Shown here: positions 9,686-19,120 of the stretch, one piece after another
Layout of the letters: every line of letters begins with the position of its first letter
Numbering within the stretch: the first letter of the stretch is position 1
Virus record (IMG/VR): IMGVR_UViG_2816332589_000001
Span: 32,001-96,000 of that record
Reading direction: 5' to 3' (one strand)
DNA length: 64,000 nucleotides
DNA from: a virus
Lineage: Duplodnaviria; Caudoviricetes
The notes under the pieces: generated by a model
What the model saw: only the letters and a program-made list of their open reading frames with translations
Databases searched by the model: none
What the model was told of the DNA's origin: nothing
Translations under genes and position numbers: made by a program

Positions 9686-10929
9686 GCCTCGACCAGCACC
9701 TTGACGCTCTCCTCGCCCCGGCGCCGGCGGAGCAGGCTGCGCCGCCGGAGACCGTACGACCCGCCGCTTCCTCCCCGAAGGGCTGGGAGCCGGGTGTGCG
9801 GTACGAGTCCGGCGGCGCGATGCTCGTCACCGCGCCGGCCGCCGACGCTCCGCCGCAGGACGAGAACGGGTGGCGCGCTCGCGTGGAAGAGCTGGGCCTG
9901 GTCGTCCCCGACGGGTTCCGGGTCCGGCTGGTGGAGGCCCGGCACGACCCGGCCGCCTGGCACCGCGACGCCCAGGGCGAGGACGCCGTTACCCGGCCCG
10001 TGTGGCGCTGCCGCTACCTGATCGAGCCGTCCGTCCCCGGGTGGGCGTCCGCCGAAGACCTCAACTCGCTCGTACGCGACGTGATGCGGCGGCGCCGCAA
10101 GCCCCGCACTCCGGCCGAGCAGCCAGCGCGGTCCCTCGCCGTGGTGTATGCCGACCCGCAGGCTGGGAAGGTCGGCCGTGACGGCGGCACGCGCGAGCTG
10201 GTGGCCCGGGTCGCCGAGCGGTTCGACAGACTGGAGGATCACCTCCGCGACCTCGGTAAGGTCGGCCGCGCCCCCGATTCCGCGTACTGGCTCGACGCCG
10301 GCGACTGTGTTGAAGGATTCGAGAACGTCGCCGCCCAGGCGTTCACCAACGACTTGACGCTCACGCAGATGATCCGGGTGCACAGGCGGCTGACGTTCGA
10401 GGGCCTGGACCGGCTCGCCACCTCCTTCCCCCGGGTCGTGGCGGCGACGTGCGGCTCGAACCACGCCCGGGTCAGGCGCGGGAAGGACCCCGTCGGCCCG
10501 CCGCAAGACGACTGGGGCATCGAGGTCATGTCCCAGATCGCGGACGCGTACGCGAAGAACGCCGACGCGTACGGACACGTCAGCTTCGTCATGCCGGAGC
10601 CATGGCGCGACACCGTCTCGCTCGACATGTCCGGCACGGTCGTCGGCCTGGCCCACGGCCACCAGTACCCGCGGCCGGAGAAGGCTGCCGACTGGTGGAA
10701 GGGCCAGACCTTCGGCCGCCAGCCCATCGCCGACGCCCAGATCATGGTCAGCGGGCACTTCCATCACTTCCGCGCGCAGCAACTCGGCGCGGGGCGCCTG
10801 TGGGTGCAGGCCCCCACCCTCGACAACGGGTCCGACTATTACGCAATGCGCACCGGCGAGGTCAGCCGTCCCGGCCTGCTCGTCTTCTCCGTCACCGCAG
10901 ACGGCTGGGACGACCTGCGCATCCTGTGA
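9682..10929 (+). CDS. Calcineurin-like metallophosphoesterase (Mre11-like)
   Basis: Motifs ADPQ, AGD, GSNH, HGH and GHFHH in canonical order. Confidence 0.85.
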   Translation: MSLDQHLDALLAPAPAEQAAPPETVRPAASSPKGWEPGVRYESGGAMLVTAPAADAPPQDENGWRARVEELGLVVPDGFRVRLVEARHDPAAWHRDAQGEDAVTRPVWRCRYLIEPSVPGWASAEDLNSLVRDVMRRRRKPRTPAEQPARSLAVVYADPQAGKVGRDGGTRELVARVAERFDRLEDHLRDLGKVGRAPDSAYWLDAGDCVEGFENVAAQAFTNDLTLTQMIRVHRRLTFEGLDRLATSFPRVVAATCGSNHARVRRGKDPVGPPQDDWGIEVMSQIADAYAKNADAYGHVSFVMPEPWRDTVSLDMSGTVVGLAHGHQYPRPEKAADWWKGQTFGRQPIADAQIMVSGHFHHFRAQQLGAGRLWVQAPTLDNGSDYYAMRTGEVSRPGLLVFSVTADGWDDLRIL

Positions 10930-10995
10930 CCGCGACCCAAGCGTCCGGGCCCCGGCACCCTTCGCCCATCAATTCCCACTGAGGAGGGAGCCCCC

Positions 10996-11478
10996 ATGGG
11001 CCTCTACAACGCGGCCGGCGACCGCATCACCAAGGCCGCCTTCCCTGCCACCGCGGTCACCGACCCGGAGAAGACGATCACCGCCGACGTGTACGCGACG
11101 CGTCCGTACGATGTCGGCACCCGCCCGAGCGACACCCGCGACGGTGTGCCGGAGGGCAGCATCAAGACGCTCCTGTTCAAGGCCGGTGCGGTCGTTCGTC
11201 AGTCGCAGATCGACAAGTTGTTCCCCCCGGCCACCATCGCCTCCGTCAGCCCGGCGACCGGCCCGGCCGCGGGCGGCACCGTGGTCACGATCACCGGCAC
11301 CAACCTCGACGGCGTCGCCGACGTGAAGTTCGGCAGCACCGCGGCAACGAACCTGAAGGTGCTCTCTGCCGGGCGCCTCCAGGTCACCACCCCGGCCGGT
11401 ACGGCGGGCGCCGTCGCGGTCGTCGTCGGCGACGAGGCAGGCGCGGTCACCAAGGCCAACGGCTTCACCTACGCCTGA
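10996..11478 (+). CDS. IPT/TIG (Ig-like) domain virion protein
   Basis: IASVSPATGPAAGGTVVTITGTNL...FTY is a typical TIG pattern. Confidence 0.85.
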   Translation: MGLYNAAGDRITKAAFPATAVTDPEKTITADVYATRPYDVGTRPSDTRDGVPEGSIKTLLFKAGAVVRQSQIDKLFPPATIASVSPATGPAAGGTVVTITGTNLDGVADVKFGSTAATNLKVLSAGRLQVTTPAGTAGAVAVVVGDEAGAVTKANGFTYA

Positions 11479-11549
11479 CCGAGACGGTAGCCACCGCCAG
11501 GGTCCAGGGTCCTCCTCCACACGCCCGTTCACGGCAGGAGGAGGACCCT

Positions 11550-12032
11550 GTGCCCAGCACCACCCGCACCACCCGCAAGACCGCCGCGGCCGACACCGAG
11601 GAGCAGATCCCGGAGACGCCGCCCACCACCGATCCGGCCCCGGCCGCCGAGGGCAAGGCGACGGCCCCGGCCGCCACCGAGACGAAGACGCCCGACGTGG
11701 CGCCGCTGGAGCCCCCGAGCGAGCCCGAGCCGGTCCCGGAGCCCGCTCCGATGACCACCGCGCAGCAGCTGCTCCCCGCCAAGCTCGGTCACCAGATCGT
11801 GGACGAGGCCACCGGCCAGCCGCCGGCCGACCCCGACGGCGTATTCATCCCTGTACAGCCGCACGGGAACCGTTTCCGCTGCACGGTCCGCCTCATCGAG
11901 CACGTCGGCATGGGCGCGTACAACACCCCTGCGACGCGGCTTCTGGTCCCGGCCGGCGGAGAGCTGAGCCGCTACCAGGCGGACCGGGTCATCGCCCGCC
12001 TGCGTTCCCAGCTCACCGAGAACGCGGAGTAA
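11550..12032 (+). CDS. Hypothetical virion-module protein with a Pro/Thr-rich N-terminus
   Basis: GGAGGAGG RBS; follows a late promoter motif. Confidence 0.7.
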   Translation: MPSTTRTTRKTAAADTEEQIPETPPTTDPAPAAEGKATAPAATETKTPDVAPLEPPSEPEPVPEPAPMTTAQQLLPAKLGHQIVDEATGQPPADPDGVFIPVQPHGNRFRCTVRLIEHVGMGAYNTPATRLLVPAGGELSRYQADRVIARLRSQLTENAE

Positions 12033-12043
12033 GGGGAGCCCTG

Positions 12044-12913
12044 GTGGCGGTGTACGACTACCGACCTGTCTGGGCTGGCGCTCTGTGCGATCCGGACACC
12101 CGCGGCGGGCAGGTCAGCCGCATCGACCTGTACGCGACCCCCGAGCGCAACGGCCCGGTCGTGGCGACCGCCGGGCCCGCCGTACGGCTGCGCTCGACGG
12201 TCTACCGCTTCTACCTGCCGGACAACCTCCCGGACGGCCGGTACTGGTGCACCGTCACCGTCACCCCCGGCAAAGACCAGCCGCCCGCAACCGACCGCAC
12301 CGTTCGGGTGGACTTCCCCCTCGGCACTGGCCTGCTCGCCTCCGCGGAGCAGGTCGCCGACAAGCTGGGCGTGCCGCTGCCCCTCACCGCGGCCCAGCGG
12401 GAGCAGTACCGCAACGTCATCGCCGAGGCTCAGGCCGACGTGGTCGCCTACCTCGGCCGTCCGCTCGTCCCCGAGCCGCGACAACTGCACGAGGTGTACC
12501 CGTTGTTCGGCTACGACCTGGACGACCCGCAGGCATGGCCCGTGCAGCACCTGGACGACATGGTCACCGTCGTCCAGCACACCGAGAATGCGGACGGCAC
12601 GTACGACGTGCAGCTCCTCGTCGGCCTGGACGGCGCGATGGAGGAACCCATCGTCCGGTACATCGTCGCGCACGCCTCCGAAAGCATCCGCAACACCGCG
12701 ACCACTGACGGCAGCAGTGGCCGGAGGGTCACGTCGGTGTCCGCCGAAGGCCAGTCGATCAGCTACGACGCCGCGCCCCTGGCCGGGCAGGCTGGCGCGC
12801 TGCCCACCATGGAGTCCCTGGCCGGGTACCGCAGGCGCCTGTACCGGCCGATCCCCACCATCCCAGCCGCGCCCTGGCCGTACGGCCGCGGTCGCCGTTA
12901 CAGCCGCTGGTGA
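12044..12913 (+). CDS. Putative head-to-tail adaptor
   Basis: Synteny; LASAEQVADKLG...VTSVSAEGQSISY pattern. Confidence 0.65.
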   Translation: MAVYDYRPVWAGALCDPDTRGGQVSRIDLYATPERNGPVVATAGPAVRLRSTVYRFYLPDNLPDGRYWCTVTVTPGKDQPPATDRTVRVDFPLGTGLLASAEQVADKLGVPLPLTAAQREQYRNVIAEAQADVVAYLGRPLVPEPRQLHEVYPLFGYDLDDPQAWPVQHLDDMVTVVQHTENADGTYDVQLLVGLDGAMEEPIVRYIVAHASESIRNTATTDGSSGRRVTSVSAEGQSISYDAAPLAGQAGALPTMESLAGYRRRLYRPIPTIPAAPWPYGRGRRYSRW

Positions 12914-12926
12914 AGGAAGACGCCCC

Positions 12927-13256
12927 GTGGCCGTAGTGCTCCCTGACCGGAATCTCACCGTGTACGTCCTCGCCCACCCCTGGCGCCGGGACACACACGG
13001 CGTTCCCGTACCGCCCCCGGCCGGCGCCCGGCCCGAGCCGCGCGGCACCTGGCCCGGCGCCGCGAACGAGCAGGCCGACGGGTCGTGGACGTTGCGCGCC
13101 GATCCGGCCGCATGGCCGGTGAAGCCCGGGGACGTGCTCGGCGACGGCACCCGCACATGGACGGTCGTCACGGCGGCTCTGAAGCGGGTGCCTGGCTTCG
13201 GGGCCGCGGACTACGTCGCGATCGTCGCCACCCTCAACCCGCCGGAGGTGCCGTGA
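12927..13256 (+). CDS. Putative head-to-tail stopper
   Basis: Synteny; small beta-rich protein; AAGGA RBS. Confidence 0.6.
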   Translation: MAVVLPDRNLTVYVLAHPWRRDTHGVPVPPPAGARPEPRGTWPGAANEQADGSWTLRADPAAWPVKPGDVLGDGTRTWTVVTAALKRVPGFGAADYVAIVATLNPPEVP

Positions 13257-13786
13257 TGGCCACCTTCCACGTTGAGCCGGGCCTGGAACAGAAGCTCGCC
13301 CAGCTCATCACACCGCAACTCCACGAGATCGCCCGCCAGGTCGAACGGCAGGCGAAGGTGTTCGCCCCGCCTACCAAGAAGTGGATCACGGTCGCGGACG
13401 ACAAGGTCCGCCCCACCCACCTCGCCGCCCACGACCAGGAGGTGCCGAGCAACCTCCGCTTCAAGATCACGTCAATGGACTGGGACCGCCGTCACCGCGG
13501 CGTCGGCGAGTTCTCCTATATGAAAGCCCCCAAGGACGAGTCCTCCCGCGCGGTCGCGAACCTGAAGAACTGCCGCTGCCACGCCCGGAGCATCCCCGAC
13601 GGCATCAGCCGCAACATCCGCACGCTCCCGCCCGTCGTCACCGGCAGCACCGTCACGGTGAAGGTCGTCGCCGAAGGCGAGTGGGTCGTCCCAGCGGAGA
13701 TCGGCACGGTCTACCCGGGGAACCTCGAAGCGACGGGCACGTACTTCATGGCGCGCGCCGCCGCCGCGGTCGCCGCCCGCCTGTGA
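13256..13786 (+). CDS. Neck protein (HK97 gp10-like position) containing a MuF-like motif
   Basis: KKWITVADDKVRPTH...NCRC motif lying between AKVFAP and GTYFM segments; coupled start (TGATG). Confidence 0.6.
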   Translation: MATFHVEPGLEQKLAQLITPQLHEIARQVERQAKVFAPPTKKWITVADDKVRPTHLAAHDQEVPSNLRFKITSMDWDRRHRGVGEFSYMKAPKDESSRAVANLKNCRCHARSIPDGISRNIRTLPPVVTGSTVTVKVVAEGEWVVPAEIGTVYPGNLEATGTYFMARAAAAVAARL

Positions 13787-13839
13787 ACAGCGGCAGGACC
13801 GGGCGACACAAGCTGTCCGGTCCTGCACTGTTCCGCCCC

Positions 13840-14091
13840 ATGACGAACACCCGCAAGACCGCAGCCACGACCACCGAGCCGGAGACCACCGCCACGCCGG
13901 CCCCCGAGACCAACACCCCCACCGTCATCGGGCCGCCACTGCACCACGGCCAGAAGCCGGAGAAGGTGGTCTTCGCCCACCACCTGCGCATCGCCGGACG
14001 CGACTTCCGGCCCGGCGAGAGCGCACACATCTCCCCGGACTACGCCCGCCAGCTCCGCGGCAGCGGCTACCTCGCCCGCGGGCGCGCCTGA
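13840..14091 (+). CDS. Small hypothetical virion-module protein
   Basis: ATG 8 nt after the -10 of a late motif copy. Confidence 0.6.
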   Translation: MTNTRKTAATTTEPETTATPAPETNTPTVIGPPLHHGQKPEKVVFAHHLRIAGRDFRPGESAHISPDYARQLRGSGYLARGRA

Positions 14092-14093
14092 CC

Positions 14094-14534
14094 GTGGACG
14101 CCTACGCCCTCGCCGACGCTGACCCGGTGGCGGCCGTCCTCGCCTGGCTCGCCGAGCACCCCAAAGTCACCGAAGTGCTCGGCGGGCCAGGCCACGTGTC
14201 CGGCACCCGTGAAGCACCGTGGCCGCACCTGCGCGTCGCGCTCGGCCCCGGCGGCGACCTCGGCAACCTCTCCTGGCGCACCGAGCCGGAGGTCAGCCTG
14301 GAGCTGTACGGCGACCCGGGCGGCTGGCCCGGCCCGGCCGCCCTCTCCCGAATGCTGAAGATGTGCGCGGTCGCCGCAACCGAGCTTCCCGACGCCGAGC
14401 CTGCCGCCGGCCGACCGGTCATCGCCGGGGTACGGCCCTCCGGCGTCCTGCTCGAATCGCCCCTGGAGACAGGCCAGCCCCGATGGGTCATGGGCCTGCT
14501 CGTCACCCTTCACCCGAACCCGGAGACCCCGTGA
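14094..14534 (+). CDS. Putative tail terminator
   Basis: Synteny before the major tail gene; 146 aa. Confidence 0.6.
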   Translation: MDAYALADADPVAAVLAWLAEHPKVTEVLGGPGHVSGTREAPWPHLRVALGPGGDLGNLSWRTEPEVSLELYGDPGGWPGPAALSRMLKMCAVAATELPDAEPAAGRPVIAGVRPSGVLLESPLETGQPRWVMGLLVTLHPNPETP

Positions 14535-14832
14535 ACCTCCCACCCGGCACCGTACGCATCGCCCCGTGCGGGGCTGTCCGCAACGAGGGGTACGCCCACC
14601 TCAAGCAGTCCACCCTGTTCAGCCCGGCGCCCTGCTGGGACACCCTCGCGCGCATTGAAGCACACGCCCGCGAACTCGCCCGTGTGCAGCGCATCTCCCG
14701 GATGCTCGCCGGCGCCCTCGCCGCACCGGCGCTCTTACCGTGCCCGCCCCGGATTTGAGCCCGGGACGGTAGCCAGCCGCCCTCCCGATCGTGGCCCGGC
14801 CCTTTCCCCAGGCCACGAGGAGAACCACCGCC

Positions 14833-15456
14833 ATGGCTGGCGAGATCACCAACGCGACGCACATCGTTGTCCCTGCACGAACCCGGCTGTGGCTCGCCCC
14901 GGTCGGAACCACCGCGCCCGCAGACGCCACGGCCCCGATGCCCGAAGGCTGGTACTCGGTGGGCCTGACCACCGAGGACAGCCTCAAATTTCAGGAGGAG
15001 CCCCAGTTTGAGCAGGTCAAGAGCGCTCAGACGGACTTCCCCAGCCGTACGTTCCAAACCTCCGACTCCGCCACGATCGAGGTAGACCTTCAGCAGTGGA
15101 ATGCGCGGAATTTCAAGGCGGTGTTCGGCGGCGGCACGATCACCGAGATCACCCCGTCCGGCGGTGCCGGCACCCAGCCGCCCAAGCACTACAAGTTCAC
15201 CCCGCCGAGAATCGGCGGACGCTCGGAGATCGCCAGCGCCATCGAGGTAATCGACGGCGCCAAGCGATACCGCTACGTCATCCCGCGCGCCATGCAGATG
15301 GAAGGCGTGCAGACCGAGCTCCAGAAGTCGAAGGAAGCCGTTCTGCCGTTGCGGCTGGCCGTACAGGGTGGCGACGACGCCGACGCCTGGTACCTGATCA
15401 CCAACGACCCCGCTTTCGCGGAAGCCGCTGCGCCGGCGACGACATCGGGAAGTTGA
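14833..15456 (+). CDS. Major tail protein
   Basis: Actinophage tail-tube pattern LWLAPVGTTAP...W.SVGLTTEDSL; GAGGAG RBS. Confidence 0.85.
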   Translation: MAGEITNATHIVVPARTRLWLAPVGTTAPADATAPMPEGWYSVGLTTEDSLKFQEEPQFEQVKSAQTDFPSRTFQTSDSATIEVDLQQWNARNFKAVFGGGTITEITPSGGAGTQPPKHYKFTPPRIGGRSEIASAIEVIDGAKRYRYVIPRAMQMEGVQTELQKSKEAVLPLRLAVQGGDDADAWYLITNDPAFAEAAAPATTSGS

Positions 15457-15510
15457 TCAACAGCACCCCAGATTCCGCGGACGCCGCGTAACCTGACGGG
15501 GTACAAGCAG

Positions 15511-15563
15511 AAGGCCCGTACCGGGCGTGGGAGATACGGACTTCCACGATCGGTACGGGCCTT
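15511..15563. terminator. Long hairpin between the convergent major tail and parA genes
   Basis: 13-bp perfect inverted repeat AAGGCCCGTACCG/CGGTACGGGCCTT. Confidence 0.6.
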
Positions 15564-15587
15564 CACTGCTTCCCGGAGGAGTGGGGA

Positions 15588-16526
15588 TTACTGGTTGCGG
15601 TCCACGAACCCGAGGGCGGTGGCCAGCTTGTTGTAGTCCTCGATCGGCATTGCGTTGCGGGGGCCGAAGGCGTGAACCGGCGCCTGACGCCGGTGCTGCT
15701 GACGGATGAGTTTGCTCCACCTGACCTTGTGGAGCTGATAGTGCTCGCCGAGCGCGGCCGTCATGGAGGCTACGGTCAGCTCGCCTTCGGAGTCGTTGTA
15801 ACCGGGCGTCGGCGTACCGCACATCACTACGTGCTTGATCGTCGGGCCGGTCCTTTTACGGCGACTGCGACCATTCTGCTGCGCGCGCATCTCTGCCAGC
15901 TCTTCGAAGGTGGCCTTCAGATCGGTCTCCTCCTTGCTCGTGACGAGCACGGGAGGAATGATCTCGTCGTCCTCCTGGAACGGGGCCAGCACGCTGACAG
16001 CCAGCTTGCTCAGCGACGCGGGCAGGTCCAGCAGCCAGACATCATCGTCGCCGTCGTAGTCATCGCACAGTTCACGGAACCAGCTGATCAGCATTTCGTT
16101 GCCGGGCAGGGTCAGTTCCGTGTCGAAGTTCTTCACTGCCCGAGAGCCGGGCACGATCTTCAGGTTCTCGACCGTCTCGTACTCGGCCGGCAGCATCTTC
16201 TCCGGGTTGTCCGGGTCGGGGCGCGCCGGTGTCAGCCTGTACCGGTAGGGGACGCTGCAAGCCTCCAGGTCTGCACCGTGCATCAGGTCGTACACCGTGC
16301 CCTGCCCGGCGGGCAGCTCGTCCATGGCGCAGGCGATGTGGCTGGCGCTTCGCTGGTGGTCGAAGTCGAAGACGCGGACCTTCCAGCCGCGCAGGGCGAG
16401 CGTGACGGCCAGCATGATGATGCTGCTGGTCTTGGCGCTTCCGCCACTGATGATGAGGGCGGCGAGCAGCAGAGGCCAGTTCCGGCCGCCGGGCCGCGTA
16501 TGGCGAGCCAGGGTTGTCTTGGACAT
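15588..16526 (-). CDS. parA: ParA-family partition ATPase
   Basis: SGGSAKTS Walker A variant, FDFDHQ (A') and LLDLP (Walker B); adjacent to parB. Confidence 0.85.
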   Translation of the reverse strand: MSKTTLARHTRPGGRNWPLLLAALIISGGSAKTSSIIMLAVTLALRGWKVRVFDFDHQRSASHIACAMDELPAGQGTVYDLMHGADLEACSVPYRYRLTPARPDPDNPEKMLPAEYETVENLKIVPGSRAVKNFDTELTLPGNEMLISWFRELCDDYDGDDDVWLLDLPASLSKLAVSVLAPFQEDDEIIPPVLVTSKEETDLKATFEELAEMRAQQNGRSRRKRTGPTIKHVVMCGTPTPGYNDSEGELTVASMTAALGEHYQLHKVRWSKLIRQQHRRQAPVHAFGPRNAMPIEDYNKLATALGFVDRNQ

Positions 16527-16537
16527 TGTCTATCCCG

Positions 16538-18052
16538 TCAGTTGATGGAGTCGGCGTCGGCGGCATCGCCGACCGGGAAGGGAACGCCGTACTTCGTCAG
16601 CTGGGCTCGCTCCCACGCCGACTCGGGGTGGTGGTTGCCGGCCTCAATGAGGAGGCGGACGTGCTCGGCGTCGTGTACGTCCCACTGACGGCGGCCGTCA
16701 CGTGCCCGAACCTCGCACGCTGCAAGGGCGGTGACTACCGTAACGGTCTTCACGAGTTCGTGGTTGCCCGACGACAAGACGGCCTCGAAGTACGACTCCG
16801 TGTCGGAGACGGTGAACACTGCCTTGCCAGCCTCGCGCAACCACTTCTGAGCGCTTGCACGCGCAGCCGCCTGCTGCGTGGGTGCAAGAAGCGCCCGCGC
16901 GAAGAGGCCATCGACTTGCTCAGGGGTCAGCGTGACGCCCTGGGCGACCATGTTCTGGCAGGTCATTTCCCTGTCCGCACTGGCGTGAGAACGCTGGGCA
17001 GCGTCCTGGGCGGATGCTGCTTTCTTGCCGGCTGCGGGTTTCGGCGCTTTCTGCGGAGTGACGCTCACGTCGTTGGTCTTGGCGGTGCTGGAGGCTTCCG
17101 CCGTGTCCGGTTGGGTGTCTGATGCCTCACGCTTCGTGGAAGCATCGTCGGAGCCGTCCGGCTCCCCGACGCCGCCCGCTCCGGCCGCGTCTGCCGCAGA
17201 GGCATTGGTCCCGGATTGGTTATCGGCGGGGTTAGCGTTCCTGGGCTCGGGCACGCCGTTCTCCTTGAGAACAGAAACGTCACCGGAGTGGAGTCGGCGG
17301 ACCGCCTCCTTAACCGAGACCCCCTCATCCCGGATCAGTTCCCAGACGAGGAGCATGTCCTCCGGGTCGTCCAACTGCCTCGCGATGGTCCTCGCCATAC
17401 TGACACCTGGGCCATCCTCAGTGCCGACGATCGCTTGAAGCTCTTCCGGCAGGTCGAGGAGTTTCAAGCGGCCCGCTACGTACCCCGGGCCAGACAGGTT
17501 CAGCTCCGCGGCGATCTGGCGGGTGCTAAGGCCCTCCTCCTCCTTGAGACGCTTGAACTCGCGGGCTTCCTCGATCGGCCGGAGCTGCTTGCGGTGGAAA
17601 TTCTCGCTGAAGAGAATCGCGCGGATCTCTTCGACGACGTTGTTCCGGAGAACGGCCGGGATCGTCTTCTTCCCCGCCATCCGGCTGGCACGCCAGCGGC
17701 GCTCACCAAAAGCGAGGACGTACTTCGTGGTGATGCCCTCGGCTGCCCTCGGCCAGTACTCGGCGAACACCGCGGTGTGCATCACGTTGATGTCGGTCAT
17801 CACCCCGTGCTTGGCGACGTTCGCAGCGAGCCACGTGAGGTCGCCCATCTCCCGATCGTTGAATGGGTTCGGCGAGATGTCGTTGAGATCGATGTCTAGG
17901 GCGTCGCCTTCCTCCTCAGTCGATGGAACTGCCCAAAATGCCGGGGTAGTGGTGGCGCCCGGTGTTGTGCTGTTGGAGGTGGATGTGCTCTCGGCTCCGC
18001 CGCCACCTCCATCGCGGCTCCCCCTACCCTGCCTCTTCAACTGTTGTGCCAC
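16538..18052 (-). CDS. parB: ParB-family partition protein
   Basis: ISPNPFNDR, FGERRWRA (GxxR), ENFHRKQL and HTH STRQIAAELNLS. Confidence 0.88.
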   Translation of the reverse strand: MAQQLKRQGRGSRDGGGGGAESTSTSNSTTPGATTTPAFWAVPSTEEEGDALDIDLNDISPNPFNDREMGDLTWLAANVAKHGVMTDINVMHTAVFAEYWPRAAEGITTKYVLAFGERRWRASRMAGKKTIPAVLRNNVVEEIRAILFSENFHRKQLRPIEEAREFKRLKEEEGLSTRQIAAELNLSGPGYVAGRLKLLDLPEELQAIVGTEDGPGVSMARTIARQLDDPEDMLLVWELIRDEGVSVKEAVRRLHSGDVSVLKENGVPEPRNANPADNQSGTNASAADAAGAGGVGEPDGSDDASTKREASDTQPDTAEASSTAKTNDVSVTPQKAPKPAAGKKAASAQDAAQRSHASADREMTCQNMVAQGVTLTPEQVDGLFARALLAPTQQAAARASAQKWLREAGKAVFTVSDTESYFEAVLSSGNHELVKTVTVVTALAACEVRARDGRRQWDVHDAEHVRLLIEAGNHHPESAWERAQLTKYGVPFPVGDAADADSIN

Positions 18053-18299
18053 TGATGTCCTTCCAATCGGTGCGAGATGTGGATGAGACAGAGGCTATCT
18101 GCCAGACACCCCCCACCTGTGCGCTCGCGGGGTGTCGCGGTTGGGAAGTCGCATCGAACCCGTTCACCGCGAGAACGCCGACAGCCGACCCGCTGGATCG
18201 CGCTGGCGCCTCAGTTCCGTGCCCGCTGCCCCGAGACGCAAGCCGTACGGGCTCCCTACCTTCCCCGGGCCTTGACGCCCACCCGGGAGGACCGGACCC

Positions 18300-18827
18300 A
18301 TGAGCTACGTGATCAACCTCGACGCCCAGCGCCGCGAGGTGCAGTACCCGCACGGGATCACCGTGCTGCTGAAGGGGGAGCAGTTCCTCTTCCCGGCTGA
18401 GGTCCCGGCTGATTGCCTCGACCCGCTGTTCTCCGACGAGCTGGACCTGATGGGGGTTCTGCACGACATCGTCAACGCGGAGGACGGCACGACCACGACC
18501 GGCGAGTTGATCGAGGTGGTCTTCCGCCGGCCGAAGCTCCCGGCCGCGTTCTACGGCGCGATCAAGGACATCTACAAGGAGCTCCTGGGGGAGGCCGCCT
18601 TCGAGGACTTCAAGGCCGTCCGCCCCTCGATCCCCGACTACGTCCGCCTCACCAAGGCCCTCATCGCCGTCTACGGGGTGGACCTGGGAAAGCTCTTCAG
18701 GTCGGCCGACTCCTCCGGGACCGATGGTCCGATGTCGAGTCCGACCTCTCCCGCTTCCACCAGCTCGACGCCCGAGGAGTCTGGCTCCGCCCAGGACAGC
18801 CCGGCTTCATCGGCCTCCGCCGACTGA
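18300..18827 (+). CDS. Tail assembly chaperone (gpG-like)
   Basis: Position before the tape measure gene; contains an in-frame slippery heptamer. Confidence 0.8.
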   Translation: MSYVINLDAQRREVQYPHGITVLLKGEQFLFPAEVPADCLDPLFSDELDLMGVLHDIVNAEDGTTTTGELIEVVFRRPKLPAAFYGAIKDIYKELLGEAAFEDFKAVRPSIPDYVRLTKALIAVYGVDLGKLFRSADSSGTDGPMSSPTSPASTSSTPEESGSAQDSPASSASAD

Positions 18828-19120
18828 CCGTCCTCCTCGACGGACTGCCCGAAGAGTCTCGCGTCATCTCCCAGCCCATCAGCGGCTGGACGGCGCAGAT
18901 CGAACTCTTGGTGCAGCTCATCGAGGAAGTCTCGCTGCTCGCCGCCGACAAGCGCCGCACCGAGCCCCGGACGATTCCTCGGCCTCAGCTCTTCGGCACC
19001 ACCTCGGCCAAGGGTGTTCCCACGGTGAACACCCCGGCGCAGCAGCCCGCCCCACTGAACGGCCACCGCGCGATGCTCGCGGCCGCCGCCCGGAGAGGAA
19101 TGGTGCGCCCCGATGTCTGA
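18686..19120 (+). CDS. Tail assembly chaperone gpGT extension via programmed -1 frameshift
   Basis: G GGA AAG at 18686-18692, the same heptamer as lambda G/T. The -1 frame stays open to 19120 (RWSDVESDLSRF...LRRLTVLLDGLP). Confidence 0.85.
   Translation, partial: GKALQVGRLLRDRWSDVESDLSRFHQLDARGVWLRPGQPGFIGLRRLTVLLDGLPEESRVISQPISGWTAQIELLVQLIEEVSLLAADKRRTEPRTIPRPQLFGTTSAKGVPTVNTPAQQPAPLNGHRAMLAAAARRGMVRPDV

Noticed and set aside
14531-14758. Possible 75-aa gene between the tail terminator and major tail genes
   Set aside because: The GTGA overlap is suggestive, but there is no recognisable motif and support is too weak to call.
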